Positions 9,750-19,412 of a stretch of DNA of 64,000 bases are shown piece after piece. Each line of letters begins with the position of its first letter. The stretch's first letter is position 1. A program made the translations under genes and the position numbers. The stretch is from a candidate division FCPU426 bacterium. GTDB taxonomy: Bacteria; Oederibacteriota; PGYV01; Palsa-1178. The notes beneath the pieces are model-generated. The model did not search any database. It saw only the letters and a program-made list of their open reading frames with translations, and had not been told where the DNA came from. The stretch is taken from assembly GCA_963840035.1 (NCBI GenBank), contig CAWIXE010000002.1, positions 640,001 to 704,000 on the forward strand, in the 5' to 3' direction.

Positions 9750-9829
9750 TTTACAATTATACCGGTGTTTTGTTATAATATTTATACGAAGAGGGATCGG
9801 CAAACAAAAAAATATCCGGAGGAATTACT

Positions 9830-10264
9830 ATGTCATTCATGAGATTTCTTGTTGTTGGATTCTTAAGCGGCCTGCTTTTCGCTTTTATGGACAGCGTTGT
9901 AAACCAGAATAACCTTGCGCACGCGATGTTTGAGTATTATAAAACCATTGCCAGGGCAGGGATGAATATTAATATTATCATCGGTGTTTTCATACTTTAT
10001 GGCTTTGCCCTTACATGGATATTTGAGGTTCTTTATAAATCGCTGCCGGGCAAATCGGGGTTTTCAAAAGGTACAAGTTTCGGCCTCCTGATTTGGTTCT
10101 TTAAGGTATTTATGTACGCTATGACACAGTGGATGATCATACCGGTGCCTGTTAATACACTCGGATATATACTCTCGGCCGGACTCGCTGAAATGCTGCT
10201 GCTTGGATGGTTCTACGGGCTTTTAATTAACCCGGAAGAGCATGTTTCTAAGAGCGTGCTTTAA
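9830..10264 (+). CDS. Hypothetical 4-TM membrane protein
   Basis: GGAGG SD, four hydrophobic helices. Confidence 0.7.
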   Translation: MSFMRFLVVGFLSGLLFAFMDSVVNQNNLAHAMFEYYKTIARAGMNINIIIGVFILYGFALTWIFEVLYKSLPGKSGFSKGTSFGLLIWFFKVFMYAMTQWMIIPVPVNTLGYILSAGLAEMLLLGWFYGLLINPEEHVSKSVL

Positions 10265-10443
10265 ATGCGAATTACTAATTACCAATAAATGTGTGCTATC
10301 GCACGATTATTATATTAAATCGCAAAGCGATACCTAAATTAGTAATTGGTAATTCGTAATTAGTAATTTTGCATGCATGTAGTGTGGTTTGACTTACCTG
10401 TCTTCCTTTGTTATAATTTATTCACTAAAACAAAGGAGTTCAA

Positions 10444-13227
10444 ATGAAGAAAGCACCAATAATAATACCCGTTCTCATAATTCTTTTTGTGATGTTTAAC
10501 GGGTGTTCTTCAAAGGCCCCTTCGGCGCCCGGACCCGGGCCGGTTCCGCAAGACACAAAAACAATAACTCCGACACACAGCGTTTCACCCACATTTACAA
10601 TATCTCTTACCAATTCACCCACAAAGACAAATTCACCGTACTTTTCACCCACGGAAACCTGGACTGTAAGCCCGACTAAAACTCAAACCATGACATTCAG
10701 CCAGACATTTACTAAGACACAGGTGGTGCCGTCATTTACAAGGACCGCGACACCGACCCGCAGCGCCACTAATTCGCGGACCATGACCGTGACGCGCACT
10801 TCGACGGCAACGCAGACAAATACGCCGGCACCGGCGGTGCCGGTGATACCGATAATGATACAGGCGAACGTGCAGTCATGGAACGATTATACGAACTTTT
10901 ACGCGCAGGTTATGTTATATGACACCGTCAACTATGGATATGTAACAGCCACAAGCGTCGAGCTGAGTAATATTACCCATCCGCAATCTGTAAACCTGCC
11001 ATACGACGCCCCCAACACCAGATATTTTTACAACGAGTATCCGGTTACCTTCAATTATACTCCGGGGGATACTTACAGGGTGGAAGTACTTTATAACGGG
11101 TCGGTTTATTCCACGGAAGCGCAGGCTCCCGGTAATTTTTCATTTAATGAATATAACTTATCATCCGGATTGCAGTGCAACTGGCAGTTTGACGGCAGTT
11201 ATGACAATGTGAGGCTGTGGGATCAGACGTTGGGTACCGAGATTACGGATGCGGCATGGCAGGAACCTTCTAACACGGTGGACAGCGGGTTCACGGTGCC
11301 GGCGTCAAAATTTATTGTCGGCAATGATTATCAGATATTTATAGGCCTGAGCAGGGGCGTATACGGAGCTTTTACAAATACAGACGCGTATAGTTCCATT
11401 TTCCTTGGGACGGAAATCTACAGAAATTTTAACATGATAGGCCTGCCGACTTTTACAATGACGGTAACATGCACGCCATCAGAAACGGATACGCCGGTGA
11501 ACACAGAAACCGCGTCGCCTACCGAAACATTAACCGAAATCCCGTCAGTTACTTTTACAACAACAGAAACGGAAACACCGGTGGCCGGAACTGACACGCA
11601 GACACCTGATTATACGGCGACTGATACTCCAACCATTACACCCACGGGCACCCCGTCAATACTTCTTGATGAGGCCCTTGACGCGCCAGGGTATAATTTC
11701 ACCACCGGCGGCACAGCGCCGTTTTTCACGGAAACGGGAGTGTCATTTGCCGGCGGATCGGCGGCCCAGAGCGGCGCGGTGGATAATGGGCAGTGGAGCT
11801 GGGTAAGACTGGATTTTTCAGGGCCGGTTGTTGTCGGCTGGAGATGGAAAATGGAAGGGACCGCAGGAGTTGACATGATAAAGCTTAATAAAGACGGCGG
11901 ATACCCGATGGGTTTTGTGCTGGACCAGGTTAATCCATGGTGGGACGGGGATGAAATCGTATGCGGCAGCGGAGCGCATTATCTTCAGTGGGAATACATG
12001 CCCGGCTTTGGCGCGACCCCCGGGGTAAACAAAGCGTGGCTGGACAATGTATATGTTTATACACTCACGCCTTCAAAGACAGCTACGCCGACACTTACAG
12101 CAACGCCGACAAAGACAATTACTACAACAAATACGCCATACCACTCCGCCACAAATACTGCAACCGCAACGCCATCACCGACACTTACGCATACACCTTC
12201 ATGGAAAAGCGCGGGCGCGTGCATAACAGGCGGCACGGCAAACTATAACTGTATCGCCGCTGACGGCAGTGATGTTTATGAAGGTTATGAAAATGGCTCA
12301 AGCGCGCTTTATGTAAAAAAATACAACGGGACAGGTTGGGACACGCTTGGTTCGTCTGTGGGCAGCGGAACTCCCGGAATGCGGTGGATAGCGGCGCACT
12401 CAGGCTCAGTCTACGCTGTTTATAAAAAAGCAAGCGGTTTTATATCGCTGAATAAATATGATTCTTCCTGGTCTGAAGTGGGGGTTTCGGCGGTTACGGG
12501 CAATGTTCCTGCAATATGGATAGAACCTGTTACTGACAATGTTTATGTGGCATTCCAGGACGCTACGGGCCCTAATCCTATAATTGTAATGGTTTATGAC
12601 GGTAATACATTTACCCAGGTAGGAAGTTCTTTTGGCAGCGCGTGGGTTTCAGGCAGCATTTATCCTGTCTGCATAAGCGGATATAATAAGGCGGGAACTG
12701 TCAATTTATATTCTGTGTTTACGGATCCTTTAAGTTCATATACTGCGCATATGTGGCAATGGAACGGAACTGCATGGATTGACAGGGCGTTGGTATATCC
12801 TACAAATAACGGACAAAAGGCTGAAACTTTTGCCGTGGATACGGATCAGGCGACAGGCGATCTTTATGTGGTTTTCCAGGATTCCGGATGGAGACATGAG
12901 GTGATGGCTTATAAGTTCAGGGCAGCGGTACAATATTTTGACGTTGTCGGGACAAACGGCACCATTGACAACTGGTCATCAGGTTATAATACTGATATAA
13001 AAGTAATTGACGGGACAAAAATATACGCGCTTTATCATGACTATAGTACCGGTTACGCTGATGTGGCAGTCTTTAACGGAACATCATGGTCCAGCCCGGT
13101 GGGATTCAGAGGACTCTCGGGAGCCTCTGCGGATACGCTTTCAATGGATCTAGTTAACGGCGCCCCGTTTGTTTCTTACAAGGGCGGTTCATGTACTTCT
13201 GACATTACCGTAAAAAAGTACGAATAA
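10444..13227 (+). CDS. Large surface lipoprotein with three Thr-rich linkers and a C-terminal beta-propeller-like region
   Basis: Lipobox FNGC, T-x-T-x tracts, repeated (Y/W)xGxxW motifs near the C-terminus, AAGGAG SD. Confidence 0.75.
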   Translation: MKKAPIIIPVLIILFVMFNGCSSKAPSAPGPGPVPQDTKTITPTHSVSPTFTISLTNSPTKTNSPYFSPTETWTVSPTKTQTMTFSQTFTKTQVVPSFTRTATPTRSATNSRTMTVTRTSTATQTNTPAPAVPVIPIMIQANVQSWNDYTNFYAQVMLYDTVNYGYVTATSVELSNITHPQSVNLPYDAPNTRYFYNEYPVTFNYTPGDTYRVEVLYNGSVYSTEAQAPGNFSFNEYNLSSGLQCNWQFDGSYDNVRLWDQTLGTEITDAAWQEPSNTVDSGFTVPASKFIVGNDYQIFIGLSRGVYGAFTNTDAYSSIFLGTEIYRNFNMIGLPTFTMTVTCTPSETDTPVNTETASPTETLTEIPSVTFTTTETETPVAGTDTQTPDYTATDTPTITPTGTPSILLDEALDAPGYNFTTGGTAPFFTETGVSFAGGSAAQSGAVDNGQWSWVRLDFSGPVVVGWRWKMEGTAGVDMIKLNKDGGYPMGFVLDQVNPWWDGDEIVCGSGAHYLQWEYMPGFGATPGVNKAWLDNVYVYTLTPSKTATPTLTATPTKTITTTNTPYHSATNTATATPSPTLTHTPSWKSAGACITGGTANYNCIAADGSDVYEGYENGSSALYVKKYNGTGWDTLGSSVGSGTPGMRWIAAHSGSVYAVYKKASGFISLNKYDSSWSEVGVSAVTGNVPAIWIEPVTDNVYVAFQDATGPNPIIVMVYDGNTFTQVGSSFGSAWVSGSIYPVCISGYNKAGTVNLYSVFTDPLSSYTAHMWQWNGTAWIDRALVYPTNNGQKAETFAVDTDQATGDLYVVFQDSGWRHEVMAYKFRAAVQYFDVVGTNGTIDNWSSGYNTDIKVIDGTKIYALYHDYSTGYADVAVFNGTSWSSPVGFRGLSGASADTLSMDLVNGAPFVSYKGGSCTSDITVKKYE

Positions 13228-13240
13228 TAGTTGTTTAAAC

Positions 13241-13269
13241 AAAAGGCCGGGATAAATACCCGGCCTTTT
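13241..13269 (+). terminator. Intrinsic terminator
   Basis: aaaaggccggg-ataaata-cccggcctttt. Confidence 0.85.
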
Positions 13270-13355
13270 ATATTTACATACAAAAGGAATTATCTTATAA
13301 TAAATAAATCATTGCGGACAGCGCGGGAGCGCTGTCCCTACAAAACGGAGAGAAC

Positions 13356-14198
13356 ATGGCTGCAAAAATAATTGACGGAAAAGCTTATGCTGAAAAAGTA
13401 AAAGGGGAGTTAAGGGAAAAAGTCTCAAAGCTCACTGAGAAACCGGGGCTTGCTGTAATACTTGTCGGGGAGGATTCCGCTTCAAAAGTATATGTCGGCG
13501 GCAAGGAAAAGGACGCGCAGGAAGTGGGCTTTCACTCGGAGATATACAGGCTTGCGGAAAATACACAGCAGGATGAGGTTTTAAAGCTTGTAGATAAGCT
13601 TAACAACGACCCGAAGATACACGGCATACTGGTACAGCTTCCGGTGCCGAAACATCTGAATGAAACGCTCATAACCAATTCCATAAAGCCTGAAAAGGAC
13701 GTGGACGGATTTACGTATAACAGCGCGGGAAGGCTTTTGACAGGCAGCCCGTGCCTGGCCGCGTGCACGCCGAAAGGCTGTATAGGGCTTATTAAAACGA
13801 CAGGCATTGATATAAAGGGCAAGAACGCTGTTGTTATAGGCCGCAGTAATATAGTGGGTAAGCCTATGGCGATACTGCTCTTAGCCGAACACGCGACAGT
13901 CACCATATGCCACTCGCGCACTGTTGATCTTCCTTCATTTACAAGGCAGGCGGACATACTTGTGGCGGCGATAGGCAAGGCGAAATTTGTAAAGGCTGAC
14001 ATGGTAAAGCAGGGCGCGGTTGTAATAGACGTGGGAATGAACCGCGATGAGAACGGGAAATTATGCGGGGACGTGGATTTTGAAAGCGTAAAAGAAAAGG
14101 CGGCTTTTATTACACCGGTACCCGGCGGAGTCGGGCCGGTTACAAGGGCGATTTTAATGCAGAATACGCTTGAGGCTTTTGAACTGCAGAAAAAATAG
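13356..14198 (+). CDS. folD: Bifunctional methylene-THF dehydrogenase/cyclohydrolase
   Basis: HGILVQLP, EKDVDG, IGRSNIVGKP and TPVPGGVGP motifs. Confidence 0.97.
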   Translation: MAAKIIDGKAYAEKVKGELREKVSKLTEKPGLAVILVGEDSASKVYVGGKEKDAQEVGFHSEIYRLAENTQQDEVLKLVDKLNNDPKIHGILVQLPVPKHLNETLITNSIKPEKDVDGFTYNSAGRLLTGSPCLAACTPKGCIGLIKTTGIDIKGKNAVVIGRSNIVGKPMAILLLAEHATVTICHSRTVDLPSFTRQADILVAAIGKAKFVKADMVKQGAVVIDVGMNRDENGKLCGDVDFESVKEKAAFITPVPGGVGPVTRAILMQNTLEAFELQKK

Positions 14199-14210
14199 TG
14201 ATACAAAAAT

Positions 14211-14340
14211 AGTGATACGTGGAAAGTGGTATGTGGTATGTGAAGTACGTACCACGTACCACGTACCACGTACCACGTACCACGTACCACGTACCACGTA
14301 CCACGTACCACGTACCACGTACCACGTACCACGTACCACA
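14211..14340. repeat. Heptamer tandem repeat (TACCACG)x12 + TACCACA, preceded by inverted degenerate copies
   Basis: Perfect array at 14250-14340. Upstream agtgata cgtggaa agtggta tgtggta are reverse-complement variants. Confidence 0.95.
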
Positions 14341-14365
14341 TTACACGTTTTAGGAGGTACTTTTA

Positions 14366-14851
14366 ATGAAACGTAAAGTCGTTTACCCTGGGACATTTGA
14401 CCCAATAACCAAAGGGCACTTGGACATTATTATCCGCGCGTCAAAGATGTTCGATGAAGTGACTGTTGCTGTGGCAAAAGGGGTTCACAAAAAGCCTTTC
14501 TTTTCACAGGAAGACAGGGTTGACATGGTAAAGAACGTGGTTAAAGGGATGAAAGGTATCAAGGTTGACACTTATGACGGCCTGATGGTTGATTATATGA
14601 AAAAAACTAAGAAACGCATCGTCATAAGGGGGCTCAGGGCTATTTCTGATTTTGAATATGAATTCCAGCTGGCTTTGCTCAATAAAAAGATGATGGGTGA
14701 CGATATTGAGCTCATTTATCTCATGCCTGATGAAAAATACCTTTATATTTCCTCATCAGCCGTAAAAGAAATAGCGGGACATGGCGGAAATGTCAGCGAG
14801 TTTGTCCCCAAATATGTCGCGCGTAAAATAAAGGAAAAATCAATAAAATAA
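14366..14851 (+). CDS. coaD: Phosphopantetheine adenylyltransferase
   Basis: YPGTFDPITKGHLDII, RGLRAISDFEYE and ISSSAVKE motifs. Confidence 0.97.
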   Translation: MKRKVVYPGTFDPITKGHLDIIIRASKMFDEVTVAVAKGVHKKPFFSQEDRVDMVKNVVKGMKGIKVDTYDGLMVDYMKKTKKRIVIRGLRAISDFEYEFQLALLNKKMMGDDIELIYLMPDEKYLYISSSAVKEIAGHGGNVSEFVPKYVARKIKEKSIK

Positions 14852-14921
14852 AGGGGTTTATCCGATTTTTTGTAATATTGCCCTAAAAAATCCTTTTAAA
14901 ATATGGCATTTCAAAAAATAC

Positions 14922-14950
14922 TTGACTTTCCCGGTTTTTTCCTGTAATAT
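14922..14950 (+). promoter_or_regulatory. Sigma70-type promoter of the HU gene
   Basis: TTGACT-17 nt-TAATAT. Confidence 0.55.
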
Positions 14951-14983
14951 ATAAGAAAAATGAGGAAGGAGGGATTATCGCCA

Positions 14984-15283
14984 ATGACAAAAATTGAAAT
15001 GGTAGACAAAATCGGTGAGAACGTTGCTCTTCCGAAAAAGGACATTGAAAAAGTACTTGATCAGTTTGTGAAAATCTCCCAGGATGCTTTAAAAGGCGGC
15101 ATGAAAGTGTCGTTAACCGGCCTCGGATCATTTTCAGTTAAGGAAAGAAGGGGAAGAATCGCGCGTAATCCGAAAACAGGGGAAAAGGTAGACGTTCCGG
15201 CAAAAAAAGTTGTTAAGTTTAAACCGGGAAAAGACCTTATTCAGATTCTCCACGACTCAATGACAGGAACAAGCAACGCTTAA
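14984..15283 (+). CDS. hup: HU family DNA-binding protein
   Basis: MTKIEMV...GLGSFSVKERRGRIARNPKTGE...KFKPGK. Start set at ATG after AAGGAGG. Confidence 0.93.
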   Translation: MTKIEMVDKIGENVALPKKDIEKVLDQFVKISQDALKGGMKVSLTGLGSFSVKERRGRIARNPKTGEKVDVPAKKVVKFKPGKDLIQILHDSMTGTSNA

Positions 15284-15440
15284 AGCTATCCGTCATACAG
15301 TCATAAGATTTTAAATAAATAAAGGGAAAAAATTAGCGTATTCACCTGCCTTTTTTATGCTATTTTGAATGGCAAAACGTTAATTTCAAATCATTAATAA
15401 GGGACACACAAAAATATTATTTTTAAGGAAGGTGTTTGTC

Positions 15441-16541
15441 ATGGCAGATAAGGCTCCAAAAAAGAAAACAGCTAAAAAAACAACGGGCTCAGAGGACAAG
15501 GTAAAAAAGGTTAAGGCAGTAAAAAAGCCCGTGAAGGAAAGTGCTGTTTCTCCGGTTGTTAAAAAGACTGAAGTTAAAAAGACACCGGCTGTAAAAGCTG
15601 AAAAACCCGCTAAAAAGGCGCCTGCCGTAAAAAAGATAAAAAGCTTAACTGACCATAAAATGACCGATGAGACTGAAGAAACGGAAATCGAAGCGTCCAA
15701 GTATTACCAGCCTGAGGTGGAAGAGGAAGCCGCGGAAGAAAAGCCTGCCCCGGGACAGAAAGTGGCTGAAAGGCATGAAACAACCATAGAGCAAAAATAC
15801 GGCGATAATAAGATAGTAATGATGGCCCGCGACCCGCACTGGTGTTATGTTTACTGGGACCTGTCAACCGGCCTTATGGCGGATAAAGCAAAAAACATTA
15901 ATGAAGCATATGACCTTATAATCAGGGTTTACGACGTCACATCCATTGATTTTAACGGCAATAATTCACATAAATTCGTAGACATACAGGTTAACGGCGA
16001 GGCCGGAAACTGGTATGTCAATGTCTGGGAAGCAGGCAGGACATATCTGGCGGATATAGGTTATAAGACGAAATCAGGGAAATTCATCCTGCTTGCCAGG
16101 TCAAAACCCGTGCTTACGCCGCAGGACAAAGTATCCAGCGTAACCGATGAAGAGTGGATGGTAGTGGACGAGGATTTTGAGGAATTATTCAGGATGTCTG
16201 CCGGAGGCGGCAGGGTGGGCGGAGGATCGGAAGGCTTCAGGTCGCCGCTGGAAGAGAACCTTTCATCAAATACCGTTTCAAGTTTTTCAAGTTATGCCGG
16301 AGGCGATAAGAAAAGGAAGTTTTTCCTTGTTGCCGATACTGAAGTCATCATTTACGGCGCCACTGAAGCAGACGCTTCGCTTACTGTAAAAGGCGAAAAG
16401 ACCCCTTTAAAACCGGACGGTACTTTTTCGCTTCGTTTTCACCTGCCTAACGGAAAAATGGAACTGCCTGTAGAAGCGGTATCAGCTGACGGCGTAGACA
16501 AATTTACCATTAAAATAAGCGTTGAGAGGAAAACGGAATAA
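15441..16541 (+). CDS. DUF4912 domain-containing protein with Lys-rich N-terminus
   Basis: YGDNKIVMMARDPHWCYVYWDL motif and C-terminal LVADTEVIIYGATE...DGTF; adjacent to the GH57 gene. Confidence 0.85.
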   Translation: MADKAPKKKTAKKTTGSEDKVKKVKAVKKPVKESAVSPVVKKTEVKKTPAVKAEKPAKKAPAVKKIKSLTDHKMTDETEETEIEASKYYQPEVEEEAAEEKPAPGQKVAERHETTIEQKYGDNKIVMMARDPHWCYVYWDLSTGLMADKAKNINEAYDLIIRVYDVTSIDFNGNNSHKFVDIQVNGEAGNWYVNVWEAGRTYLADIGYKTKSGKFILLARSKPVLTPQDKVSSVTDEEWMVVDEDFEELFRMSAGGGRVGGGSEGFRSPLEENLSSNTVSSFSSYAGGDKKRKFFLVADTEVIIYGATEADASLTVKGEKTPLKPDGTFSLRFHLPNGKMELPVEAVSADGVDKFTIKISVERKTE

Positions 16542-16548
16542 AACCCAT

Positions 16549-18147
16549 ATGAAACAACCCGACGGATATCTCGCATTAGTGCTCCACGCGCACCTGCCTT
16601 TTGTGCGCCACCCGGAATACAATGACCCGATGGAAGAATACTGGCTTTATGAAGCCATCACTGAAACATATATACCCCTGCTCAACGTTTACAATAAACT
16701 CATAGAAGACGGCGTGGATTTCAGAATTACCATGTCTCTTACGCCTCCGCTTATTTCCATGCTTAAAGATCCTCTCTTACAGGATCGTTATGTCAGACAC
16801 ATTAATAAAATGATTGAATTAGCGGAAAAGGAAGTTGAAAGGACAAAGTTCGAACCGCACTATAACCGTACGGCAGTAATGTACAGGGAAAAATTCTATA
16901 AATGCAGACACGTCTTCATAGATAAATACCACAAAGACCTTGTGGAAGGTTTTAAGCAGGTCCAGGAACAGGGGAAGCTTGAGATAATCACCTGCGGCGC
17001 GACGCACGGTTTCTTTCCGTTATCCACGGACAGGAACGCAGTAAACGCGCAGGTAAAAATCGCTGTGGACCATTACGTCCAGACCATCGGCAGGAAACCG
17101 CGCGGGATGTGGCTCCCGGAATGCGGATATAATCCGGGCGATGATGAAGTGCTCAAAAAATACGGCATCCGCTACTTCCTTGTTGATACCCACGGTATAT
17201 TATACGGAACTCCGAAGCCCAAATACGGCGTATTCGCGCCGGTGTACTGCAAGTCAGGAGTGGCGGCATTCGGAAGGGACCTTGATTCTTCCAAGCAGGT
17301 CTGGAGCGCGAAGGAAGGGTATCCCGGGGATTTTGATTACAGGGAATTTTACAGGGACATCGGATACGACCTTGATTACGATTATATAAAACCATACATT
17401 CATGAGTCAGGCATCAGGATGAATACGGGCGTGAAGTATTATAAGATCAGCGGGCCTAAAGTGGACCTTTCACAGAAAGCGCCGTATGACCCGTGGGCAG
17501 CCACTGAAAAAGCAGCCTCACACGCCGGCAATTTCATGTTCAACAGGGAAAAACAGGTTGAGCACTTAAAAGCGCATATGAAAAGGGAGCCGATTATAGT
17601 GGCGCCATATGACGCCGAACTTTTCGGACACTGGTGGTACGAAGGCCCGCAGTTCATTGACTTCCTCATGAGAAAGATGTTCTACGACCAGAATACCGTT
17701 AAAACCATAACTCCTTCAGAGTACCTGGAAAAGTTCCCGAAAAACCAGGTGGTGACGCCATCATATTCCAGCTGGGGCTATAAAGGCTATGCCGAGTACT
17801 GGCTTAACAACACCAATGACTGGGTTTACAAGCACCTGCATAAGACATACGACAGGATGAAGGAACTTTGCAATGTATACATGTACAAGCCGCGCACTGC
17901 CGATGAGGAGCGCGCCTTGAAACAGGCTGCAAGGGAAATACTGCTCGCGCAGTCATCAGACTGGGCGTTTATCATGAAGACCGACACGATGGTCGAGTAC
18001 GCGGTAAAACGCACCCTTCAGCATATTTTCAGGTTTACAAAAATATATGAGATGCTAAAGTCCAACAACCTTGACATGACATACATAGGCGAGATGGAGT
18101 GGAAAGACAACCTCTTCCAGGATATTGACTGGACCGCGTACGCGTAA
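16549..18147 (+). CDS. GH57 family 1,4-alpha-glucan branching enzyme (DUF1957)
   Basis: LVLHAHLPFVRH, GMWLPECGY, PYDAELFGHWWYEGP and LAQSSDW motifs. Confidence 0.93.
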   Translation: MKQPDGYLALVLHAHLPFVRHPEYNDPMEEYWLYEAITETYIPLLNVYNKLIEDGVDFRITMSLTPPLISMLKDPLLQDRYVRHINKMIELAEKEVERTKFEPHYNRTAVMYREKFYKCRHVFIDKYHKDLVEGFKQVQEQGKLEIITCGATHGFFPLSTDRNAVNAQVKIAVDHYVQTIGRKPRGMWLPECGYNPGDDEVLKKYGIRYFLVDTHGILYGTPKPKYGVFAPVYCKSGVAAFGRDLDSSKQVWSAKEGYPGDFDYREFYRDIGYDLDYDYIKPYIHESGIRMNTGVKYYKISGPKVDLSQKAPYDPWAATEKAASHAGNFMFNREKQVEHLKAHMKREPIIVAPYDAELFGHWWYEGPQFIDFLMRKMFYDQNTVKTITPSEYLEKFPKNQVVTPSYSSWGYKGYAEYWLNNTNDWVYKHLHKTYDRMKELCNVYMYKPRTADEERALKQAAREILLAQSSDWAFIMKTDTMVEYAVKRTLQHIFRFTKIYEMLKSNNLDMTYIGEMEWKDNLFQDIDWTAYA

Positions 18148-18153
18148 GACTTT

Positions 18154-18238
18154 AATCACAAATCCCAAATCACATATCCCAAAGAAAACAAAAAAACGGC
18201 TGTTAACAGGCCGTTTTTTTTATTTGGGATTTGTGATT
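18154..18238. terminator. Terminator hairpin embedded in inverted AATC(A/C)CA heptamer arrays
   Basis: aatcaca aatccca aatcaca tatccca ... aaaaaaacggc-tgttaacag-gccgttttttt ... tttggga tttgtga. Confidence 0.8.
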
Positions 18239-18261
18239 AGCAGAAACGATACTGACTATAC

Positions 18262-18462
18262 TTGTGTGTAAATTGATTTGTTCTTTTATCCCTCTCCCCT
18301 TTGGCTATTTATAGTCCCCCCTTGCGGGGGAGAAGAGGGTAGGGTGAGGGGAATAAGGCAATTAGTTTCACCTCACCCCAGCCCCTCTCCTAAGAGGAGA
18401 GGGGGAAGCCGTAACAAGCAAAGCTCACTTTAAACTAATGGTGAAAATGAATTTACACACAA
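18262..18462. mobile_element. MITE-like element with terminal inverted repeats enclosing CCCTC-type palindromic repeats
   Basis: Perfect 13-bp inverted repeat ttgtgtgtaaatt / aatttacacacaa. Internal ccctctcccc...gggagaagagggtagggtgagggg and cctcaccccagcccctctcc...ggagaggg. No ORF. Confidence 0.55.
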
Positions 18463-18527
18463 TTACATACAATAACGATAGAAACAACTAACTTTATCCG
18501 GGCGAGAATCTGTGATATAATTAATCC

Positions 18528-19292
18528 ATGAAAAAAATTATGTTTACATTCTTTATAGCTTTATTACTGGTTTCGCCGGGTTTCGGGCTCAATGAAAAGG
18601 ATTATAAGTATACCGGGTGGGTAAATGACTACGCGGGCATGCTTGACGCGGTGACAATCGATAAGCTTAATATGCTGATTAATGAAGTTAAGGATAAGAC
18701 CGGCGCGGAGATAGCGGTGGTAACAATTAAAACCCTTGAAGGCGATTCGCTGGAGGATTTTACCAACAGGCTCTTTAACAGCTGGGGCGTGGGCGTTAAA
18801 GGCAAGGATAACGGGGTAATGCTGCTGGTGGCTTCGCAGGAGAGGAAGATCAGGATTGAGGTCGGTTACGGGCTGGAAGGCGCGATCAATGACGGTTATG
18901 CGGGAAGCGTTATACGCGATGAGATAGCGCCGAGATTCAGGATGGAAGCTTACGCTGACGGCGTTTTAGCGGGAGTATATACACTAGCGAAAAAAATAGC
19001 GGCAGAATATAATATCGAAATTACCAGTGATCAGCCGGTACAGAGTGCAAATGCATACCAGAACTCCGACAAAAGGGATTTGCGCAAGGCTTCCCCGTTT
19101 GAGATACTGATATTTCTTATTTTTATGATATTTATGTTAATAGTTTTTATTAAGAATCCGTGGCTGTTTTTTTTAATAATGATGGGCGGACGCGGCGGCG
19201 GAGGTTGGGGCGGCGGTGGCGGTTTTGGAGGCGGTGGCGGCGGATTCGGCGGAGGTTCCAGCGGCGGCGGCGGAGCAAGCGGAGGGTGGTAG
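18528..19292 (+). CDS. TPM domain (YgcG-like) membrane protein with Gly-rich tail
   Basis: VNDYAGML, WGVGVKGKDNGVMLLV and RIEVGYGLEG motifs; GGGSSGGGGASGGW terminus. Confidence 0.92.
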   Translation: MKKIMFTFFIALLLVSPGFGLNEKDYKYTGWVNDYAGMLDAVTIDKLNMLINEVKDKTGAEIAVVTIKTLEGDSLEDFTNRLFNSWGVGVKGKDNGVMLLVASQERKIRIEVGYGLEGAINDGYAGSVIRDEIAPRFRMEAYADGVLAGVYTLAKKIAAEYNIEITSDQPVQSANAYQNSDKRDLRKASPFEILIFLIFMIFMLIVFIKNPWLFFLIMMGGRGGGGWGGGGGFGGGGGGFGGGSSGGGGASGGW

Positions 19293-19412
19293 GCGTAAAC
19301 TTAAAAATTAAAATTTAAAACTGAAAGTGAAATAAATGATCTAAACCGGACTGATAATGTATTTAGTTTTCAGCTTTTAGTTGTGAGTTTTAAGTTAAAA
19401 ATGGAGGGATAT

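Noticed and set aside
8025..13227. Genomic island or prophage integrated at tRNA-Gln
   Set aside because: No integrase, no direct repeat of the tRNA 3' end found by eye, and no phage genes.
13532..14405. ORFs with repeated WYVVRGT / TTYHVPR peptides
   Set aside because: Translation artefacts of the TACCACG heptamer array and the antisense of folD.
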